Below, one piece after another: positions 57,682-64,000 of a stretch of 64,000 nt of DNA. Position numbers and translations under genes: made by a program. Every line of letters begins with the position of its first letter. Position 1 is the first letter of the stretch. Under the pieces are notes generated by a model, which was not told where the DNA came from, made no database searches, and saw only the letters and a list, made by a program, of their open reading frames with translations. This stretch comes from Candidatus Cloacimonadales bacterium (GTDB lineage: Bacteria; Cloacimonadota; Cloacimonadia; Cloacimonadales; JAIOQZ01): positions 1 to 64,000 of the forward strand of contig CAXXTU010000001.1 of assembly GCA_963662655.2 (NCBI GenBank), read 5' to 3'.

Positions 57682-60117
57682 ATGAAGAAATTCCTCATCC
57701 TGTTACTGGCGCTTTCGAGCGTGATGCTGTATGGAATTAGAAACTGGAAAACCCATACAAACACGACCCACCTGTTCGACCTCTACGAACACGACGGAAT
57801 CATCTATATGGCCACTTGGGGAGGATTTGTCCTCTTCGACATGGAAACCAATCAGTTTGTTAAGACCTTCACAAACGTGGACGGACTCACGAGCCAGGAT
57901 TTCCGCGCCCTCGCAGGCTTTGAAGAGACCGGCGAGATCATGGCCGGAACGAACGCCGGCGGTCTGGAGCGCTACATCGACGGCAAGTTCGATATCCCGC
58001 TTTCGTCCACCACCGGACTAACCTCCGAGAAGGTTCAGGACGTGGAGACATTCGGCGATCAGATATTCATCGCGACCAACGCGGGTATGAGCGTGTTCAG
58101 CAACAGCCAGGATTTCCCCATGCCCCTCTTTATAAACGATTTCACCAATCTCAACGGCCTCTCTTCCGTCGACGTGCAGGAGATCGAAATCACGCAGGAC
58201 GGATACATCGTCTGCGGTAATGCAATCGGCATCGACTACTGTCATATCGATTCGATGATGGTCGTTTCCTCCTGGCACAACGCATCGTTCTCTGAGCTGG
58301 GCATTCCGGAGGTCTCGATGTCCGACCTCTCCATCAACGGCAACACGCTCGCGATCTCGACCAGCGACGGACTCGCCGTTCTCAGGGATTTCCCGGCTTC
58401 GCTCGACATGGAACACTACTCGACGGACAACGGTCTGGAGAGCAATCTCGTTTATCCGGTGTATGTCGATCGCGACAACAACATCTGGTTCAGTTACGGC
58501 ACGTGGGACAGCACCAACCTGCTTCTCGAAAACAGCCTTTCCACCGCTGTTACCATGCTCGATCCCGACGAAGGATTCACGACATGGAACAATTCTGTGG
58601 TTTCCGACAAGATCATGGGATTCACGACGGTCGCGAATGAGATTGCTGCCTGTAGCTGGGGCGATGGCTTTTACCTGCTGGAGGATAACGAGTGGATCCA
58701 ACATCAACCGCAGTCCATCATCGCCAACACCGTCACCCAGATGGCTGTCGATCACGACGGCCTCGTGTGGATCGTGAACGGCTACCGCGGCGGCGCGACA
58801 ACCAGTCGCGGAACCCGGGGCGTTTCCGGATACGACGTCAAGAACGACGTTTGGTATAATTACAATGTGGACAACAGCCCACTCCTCAGCAACAACATGT
58901 TCTGTGTCGGTGTGGACAAGAACAACCGAAAATGCTTCGGCACTTGGTACAGCAGCGTGCCGGGATGGGACGAAGGCATCTCCATCTACGACGAGATCGA
59001 AGGTGACCCAACCTGGTCGACGCTTACAAGCGGTCTGCTGAATCGGACCATCAGCTTCATCATACCCGACCCGGGGTACTCCGATTCCTACGACGCGAAC
59101 CTGTGGATCGGCTCCTACGGCACGAACGGTGGCATCAACGTTCTGGACAATGAAGGGAACATCACCAACTTCTACGTCCCCTGGTTCGATCTGAAGGATC
59201 CCATTACCGCATTCATAGGTAAGGACAAGAAGATGTTCGGCAGCTACCATGACGGACTGAGAATCTACGAAGGCGACGGCATCCCGTCAGGAGAAGACAC
59301 CAGCGGCTGGAGTCGGCCTGAATTCAGCGAGCTTGAAAACAGTGGGCGCATCTACGCGATCACCTATCGCGAGAACGACTGGGAAAGCGAGTATTGGGTC
59401 GCGTCCTCCAATGGATTGTTTGTTATGGACGAATTTGACAACTGGTTCAAGCTGGGGACGAGCATCAAGCGAGAAAAATGGGATAAACTCGAAAACGAGT
59501 GGGTGGTATACCAGAGGTATTTCACCAACGAGCAACGGCTTTTCGGCGCGGTGACAACCATTCCTACCGCTCTTTTCACCGATCCGTTCGACAGGGTATG
59601 GATCGGAACGGAGCAGAACGGCATCACGGTTTACGATGGAGAGACGGACACCTACACAACGTACAACACCTCCAACGCACCCCTGCTATCCAACTACATT
59701 ACGGATTTCGCCTACGAACCGATCTCGGGCAGACTTTACATCGGGACGCCCGAGGGACTGAACTCGGTGGAAATCGGTATCTCGGAAAATCCCGAGACCG
59801 TTGTATACGACAAGAGCATCAAGGCTTTCCCAAATCCCTATTATCCCGACCAGACGTCGGTTTCGCTCATGATCGTTAACGGTATCACCGGCTCAGGAAG
59901 TTCCGCGGACTACGGTCTCTTCCCCGATAAAACCAAGTGCAACATCTATGACCTTACCGGACGCCAGATTCTCACACTCCACCTCACCCCGTTCAAGGAT
60001 TTCCGGTGGGATGGAACCAACGAGGCCGGCAGAGAATGCAGCTCCGGCAACTATTTCTACGTCATCTACAACGATGAAGGTCAGATCAGCAAGGGAACGA
60101 TTGCGCTGATCCGGTAA
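57682..60117 (+). CDS. PorZ-like secreted beta-propeller protein with CTD
   Basis: Signal peptide; regulator-propeller repeats (NSPLLSN, WIGT..NG, LYIGTPEGL); AFPNPY...IYDLTGR...WDGTNEAG...SG.Y. Confidence 0.7.
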   Translation: MKKFLILLLALSSVMLYGIRNWKTHTNTTHLFDLYEHDGIIYMATWGGFVLFDMETNQFVKTFTNVDGLTSQDFRALAGFEETGEIMAGTNAGGLERYIDGKFDIPLSSTTGLTSEKVQDVETFGDQIFIATNAGMSVFSNSQDFPMPLFINDFTNLNGLSSVDVQEIEITQDGYIVCGNAIGIDYCHIDSMMVVSSWHNASFSELGIPEVSMSDLSINGNTLAISTSDGLAVLRDFPASLDMEHYSTDNGLESNLVYPVYVDRDNNIWFSYGTWDSTNLLLENSLSTAVTMLDPDEGFTTWNNSVVSDKIMGFTTVANEIAACSWGDGFYLLEDNEWIQHQPQSIIANTVTQMAVDHDGLVWIVNGYRGGATTSRGTRGVSGYDVKNDVWYNYNVDNSPLLSNNMFCVGVDKNNRKCFGTWYSSVPGWDEGISIYDEIEGDPTWSTLTSGLLNRTISFIIPDPGYSDSYDANLWIGSYGTNGGINVLDNEGNITNFYVPWFDLKDPITAFIGKDKKMFGSYHDGLRIYEGDGIPSGEDTSGWSRPEFSELENSGRIYAITYRENDWESEYWVASSNGLFVMDEFDNWFKLGTSIKREKWDKLENEWVVYQRYFTNEQRLFGAVTTIPTALFTDPFDRVWIGTEQNGITVYDGETDTYTTYNTSNAPLLSNYITDFAYEPISGRLYIGTPEGLNSVEIGISENPETVVYDKSIKAFPNPYYPDQTSVSLMIVNGITGSGSSADYGLFPDKTKCNIYDLTGRQILTLHLTPFKDFRWDGTNEAGRECSSGNYFYVIYNDEGQISKGTIALIR

Positions 60118-60132
60118 AGAGTCTCGCTATAT

Positions 60133-61128
60133 ATGAAGAAATCGGATATCGTTTTTCTGGACCTCGGGAAGCTTGCAAACAAGTTGCAGAAGGATTCCTT
60201 CGGCTTCATCCTTATCGACAGGGTTGTAGCGGAGCAATATCCCGAACTGGTTCAGCAGAATAAGCACATGCTACTCGAAGCAAGCGAGTCCGAGAAGAAT
60301 CTCGAGCAACTCGAGACCATCTACCGCCGCTTTCACGAAGAGCAGATCACCCGCGATCATACAGTCTACGCGATCGGAGGCGGTTGCGTCACGGACATCG
60401 CAGGATTTGCAGCAGCCACATGGAAGCGTGGATGCCGACTGGTGATCGTTCCAACAACGCTTCTGGCGATGGTCGACGCAGCCGTTGGCGGAAAGAACGG
60501 CATCAACTTCCTCGATATGAAGAACGCCGTCGGCACCTTTTACAATCCCGCCGAAACCATCCTTACGCTGGAATTCCTCGATTCGCTCCCGGAAGTACAG
60601 ATTCTGTGCGGCTTTGCGGAAATCGTAAAAATCGCCCTCCTTGGAGACAACCCGTTGTACGCCATGCTGGAAGAGGACGAATCGCCCCTGAGGCAAGAGG
60701 TTATCGAACAGGCGATCAAGGAGAAGATGCGCTATTGCGCCATCGATCCGCACGATCGCGGTGAACGGGCAAAGCTCAATCTCGGGCACACATTCGGGCA
60801 TCTCATCGAGTCGGTGTCGGACTTCGTTATCCCGCACGGTATCGCCGTTGCGCTGGGCATTCGCTTTGCTGCAAGCTTCAGCAGTGAAAACGGGTGGCTA
60901 TCGCAAGAAGACGAGCTCAAAATCAACGCCTTCCTCGATCGCTTCGGATTGCCCGATGACATTTCACCTGCCCTGAAGCAGCGCATCACCAAGAATGGCG
61001 CAAAAATTCTCCACGCGGATAAAAAACGTGCGACAACCCACCTGAAGCTTGTTTGTTTCAACGGTTTCAGATCGGTTTTCCTGCACGAATGCAACGACGT
61101 GAACCGGATACTGGAGTTGTTTGAATAA
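60133..61128 (+). CDS. aroB: 3-dehydroquinate synthase
   Basis: IGGGCVTDIAGFAAATWKRG, PTTLLAMVDAAVGGKNG, LNLGHTFGH..E, HG.AV. Confidence 0.93.
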   Translation: MKKSDIVFLDLGKLANKLQKDSFGFILIDRVVAEQYPELVQQNKHMLLEASESEKNLEQLETIYRRFHEEQITRDHTVYAIGGGCVTDIAGFAAATWKRGCRLVIVPTTLLAMVDAAVGGKNGINFLDMKNAVGTFYNPAETILTLEFLDSLPEVQILCGFAEIVKIALLGDNPLYAMLEEDESPLRQEVIEQAIKEKMRYCAIDPHDRGERAKLNLGHTFGHLIESVSDFVIPHGIAVALGIRFAASFSSENGWLSQEDELKINAFLDRFGLPDDISPALKQRITKNGAKILHADKKRATTHLKLVCFNGFRSVFLHECNDVNRILELFE

Positions 61129-61149
61129 TTCCCGCGACTAATGGTTCGA

Positions 61150-61332
61150 GTTCGTGAGTAGATTCGTTTGATCCGGCGCGCAGGCGTGGTGTTACACGTT
61201 TAGTTTCGGCTTTCACGAAGTGAAAACGAAATCTTCGAACGAAAATCTTTCGCGAACAGAAAAAACGAAAGTGGATTATTGGACGTGTTATATCCACGAC
61301 GGAGCGCGCGATCGGGCGAAGATGCCACGAAC
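61150..61332 (+). other. Long imperfect inverted repeat (rod-like RNA or MITE) enclosing a copy of the hairpin repeat
   Basis: Five nested complementary blocks, several using G-U pairs on the + strand; 61204-61276 is the reverse-complement homolog of 35348-35420. Confidence 0.65.
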
Positions 61333-61360
61333 GTCCCGAGCTGATCAACAAACCATCTCG

Positions 61361-63997
61361 CTAAATCTTCTTCTGTAATTCCATCAGATATTGCAAGGCC
61401 TCGAGCGGCGTCATCTTATCCAGCTCCAGGTCCCGCACCTCGTCCAGCAGTCCCTGTTTCTCTTCCGTTTTCTCGTACAGGATTTCGAAGATGTCTCGCT
61501 GTGGGGTCTGCGAGGCGAGCTGCTTTCTCATGCGAGCGGTAAGACCCTGCGGCGAAAGCTCGTGAGCTTCCAGATTCTCCAGGATTTGCTTTGCCCTGCG
61601 GATCACCTTGTCCGGCATTCCCGCAAGACGCGCCACCTGAATTCCATAGCTTTGGTCCGAGCCCCCGCGCTCGATCTTGCGCACAAACACCATCTCGTCG
61701 TTCCACTCTTTCACCGAGACATTGTAGTTCTTCACGCCGTCCAGTACATTTTCGAGTTCGGTCAGTTCGTGATAGTGCGTTGCAAAAAGCGTCATCGACT
61801 TCAGTCGCTTGATGTTGTGGATGTACTCCACGATCGACCACGCCAGGCTGAGCCCGTCGAAAGTGCTGGTTCCCCGGCCGATTTCATCGAGCAGTATGAG
61901 CGAGTTCGGGGTCGCGGAATTGAGGATGTTGGAGGTCTCGATCATCTCCACCAGAAACGTGCTCTGCCCCATCGCGAGGTTATCGGAGGCCCCCACCCGC
62001 GTGAAAACCTTGTCGAAAACCGGCATGTTCGCCGACGATGCGGGGACGAAGCTTCCCATCTGAGCCATCACAGCGATTAACCCCACCTGACGGAGGTACG
62101 TTGATTTACCCGCCATGTTGGGCCCCGTGATCAGGGCAATCAAATGATCCTGATGATTCAGGCTAATGTCATTGGGAATAAAAGCCTCTCCGACGAGAAG
62201 CCTTTCCACGACCGGATGCCTGCTGTCTAAAATCTCGAGGATCCCTTCGTCGTTGAAAGCTGGCCGGCAGTAATTGTTGTGGTACGCGATCCACGCCAGA
62301 TTGGTGATGAAATCGATCTCGGCGATGATCCCTACGTATTGCAGCAGCCGCGGGGTCTCTTCGAAAATCCTCGCCCGAATTTTTACAAACAGCTCATACT
62401 CGATATTCTGAATGCGCTCTTCCGCGCCCAGAACCTTCGATTCATATTCCTTCAGATCGGGCGAGATAAAACGCTGGCTGTTCACGAGTGTCTGCTTGCC
62501 AATATAATGCTCGGGGACTTTATCCAGATGCGTATTGGTCACCTCGATGTAGTATCCAAAAACCTTGTTGAATCCCACCTTTAGGCTCGGGATCCCGCTC
62601 TCTTCACGCTCTTTTTGTTCCAGGCGAGCAATCCAGCCCTTTCCGTCGCGACTGATCTGCCGGAGCTCGTCCAACTCTTTATGATAGCCGTCACGGAATA
62701 GATTGCCGTCCGTGATCTGCACCGGCGGATTTTCCACCAGGGCATCCTCGATCTCGCGGACGATATCCGAGTAATCTCCGATCTGCTCCACGCATTCGGT
62801 GAATATATCGTTCGAGAAACCTTCCAGCATGCTGACAAGTTGCGGCGCAGTAGAAAGATAGGACGTGAGCGTCAGCAACTCGCGCGGGTTGATCCGCTGC
62901 GTCCCCGCCTTGCTGAGGATACGGCTCAGATCACCGATCGTGTCCAGCAGTGTACGGATGTCTTCCGTGATATGGAAGAGGTCCTTACACTCGTAAACTG
63001 CGTTCAGTCTTCGCTCGATCTCCTTCCTGTGGATCAGCGGATGAAGAAGCCGCTGATGAAGCAGGCGCGCGCCCATGGGGGTTTTCGTCTGATCGAGAAC
63101 ACCGATCAAGCTAGCTTCCCGGGTGTTGCTACGCAGGTTCTTCACCAGTTCGAGATTTCGTCGCGACGTCTCGTCCAGTTGCATCGCTTCCTCGATCGCG
63201 TATCGACGAAGCGTTCGTATGTGGTTCAAATCGGATTTCTTGAGCGAAGTAAGATACGAGATTAGCAGTCCCGCAGCGATTGTTCCGGGATCGTTCTGGC
63301 TAGCGCCGAAACCGTCTAGCGTGGTTGTTCCGAGTTGATTCAGCAGAAGCTGATACCCCTCAGACGCATCGAAGAATGGATTATCGAAGCCCGTGAGTAC
63401 CGGGTTATACGGCAACCTGAGTTCTTCCAGCGCTTGCAACAGATCATCGTCGAGTACAACGATCTCGACAGGCTGCTTGCGGAGAATTTCATCGGCAAGC
63501 TGGGTGCTGCGAAGCGTGGTGAAATGGAAATCTCCCGTTGAGATGTCAATCAGCGCGAAACCGTAGTCCTTCTTGCGCGACCCTGTGTAAACGGCAGCGA
63601 GGAAGTTGTTTTCCTTCCCGTCGATGTACTGATCGTCCACGATCGCCCCGGGTGTGATAATCTCCACCACTTCCCGCTTGACGAGTCCCTTGGCGAGCTT
63701 GGGATCCTCCACCTGTTCGCAGATCACCACCTTCGTGCCGCTGCGAATAAGTTTATCCATGTAGCGGTCGAGTGCATGATATGGAATCCCGGCCAATGGC
63801 ACCGGGCTGTCCGAGCGGCGGTCTCTGGCTGTAAGCGTTATACCAAGCAGCTTTGAAGCGAGCTTCGCGTCATCGAAAAACGTCTCGTAGAAATCGCCCA
63901 TCCTGAACAGCAGCAGCTTGTCCGGGTGCATTTTCTTCACGTCCATGTACTGCTGGAGCATGGGAGTCAGCTTCTGTTCCGTATCCTTCATCGACAT
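61361..63997 (-). CDS. mutS: DNA mismatch repair protein MutS
   Basis: TPMLQQY, FRMGDFYE, TGPNMAGKSTYLRQ, STFLVEM, DEIGRGTST, SYGIQVA. Confidence 0.98.
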   Translation of the reverse strand: MSMKDTEQKLTPMLQQYMDVKKMHPDKLLLFRMGDFYETFFDDAKLASKLLGITLTARDRRSDSPVPLAGIPYHALDRYMDKLIRSGTKVVICEQVEDPKLAKGLVKREVVEIITPGAIVDDQYIDGKENNFLAAVYTGSRKKDYGFALIDISTGDFHFTTLRSTQLADEILRKQPVEIVVLDDDLLQALEELRLPYNPVLTGFDNPFFDASEGYQLLLNQLGTTTLDGFGASQNDPGTIAAGLLISYLTSLKKSDLNHIRTLRRYAIEEAMQLDETSRRNLELVKNLRSNTREASLIGVLDQTKTPMGARLLHQRLLHPLIHRKEIERRLNAVYECKDLFHITEDIRTLLDTIGDLSRILSKAGTQRINPRELLTLTSYLSTAPQLVSMLEGFSNDIFTECVEQIGDYSDIVREIEDALVENPPVQITDGNLFRDGYHKELDELRQISRDGKGWIARLEQKEREESGIPSLKVGFNKVFGYYIEVTNTHLDKVPEHYIGKQTLVNSQRFISPDLKEYESKVLGAEERIQNIEYELFVKIRARIFEETPRLLQYVGIIAEIDFITNLAWIAYHNNYCRPAFNDEGILEILDSRHPVVERLLVGEAFIPNDISLNHQDHLIALITGPNMAGKSTYLRQVGLIAVMAQMGSFVPASSANMPVFDKVFTRVGASDNLAMGQSTFLVEMIETSNILNSATPNSLILLDEIGRGTSTFDGLSLAWSIVEYIHNIKRLKSMTLFATHYHELTELENVLDGVKNYNVSVKEWNDEMVFVRKIERGGSDQSYGIQVARLAGMPDKVIRRAKQILENLEAHELSPQGLTARMRKQLASQTPQRDIFEILYEKTEEKQGLLDEVRDLELDKMTPLEALQYLMELQKKI

Positions 63998-64000
63998 TCT

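Overview
Bacterial genomic window, probably Candidatus Cloacimonadota (FCB group); this is inferred from several secreted proteins ending in an NYPNPFNP...YNI(K/R)GQ FlgD-Ig/T9SS-like C-terminal domain (CTD). 1-5.4 kb: defence genes, namely a frameshifted OLD-family ATPase-TOPRIM nuclease and a type III R-M mod/res pair. 5.6-11.3 kb: two CTD proteins (gingipain-like C25 peptidase, FG-GAP protein). ~11.45-21.0 kb: Mu-like transposable-phage element (repressor, Ner, MuA, MuB, DUF3164, terminase subunits, gpF) with no portal, capsid or tail genes. Two of its genes are interrupted by small hairpin inserts flanked by 3-bp duplications, and the terminase insert matches a dispersed GAA/TTC-loop repeat family also found at 35.3 and 61.2 kb. 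21-27 kb: phosphotransferase, methyltransferase and two more CTD proteins with REP-like repeats. 27-35 kb: amidotransferase and a 2151-aa multi-glycosyltransferase behind a sigma54 promoter. 35.5-38.2 kb: TPR-sigma54 activator with a probable adjacent target promoter. Then EcfT, a truncated sensor kinase, tRNA-Lys, an HDOD/CheY/CheZ/FlgS-FlgR-like signalling cluster, a glycan cluster ending in wecA-like and porZ-like genes, aroB and mutS. All calls come from reading motifs by eye; no searches were run.
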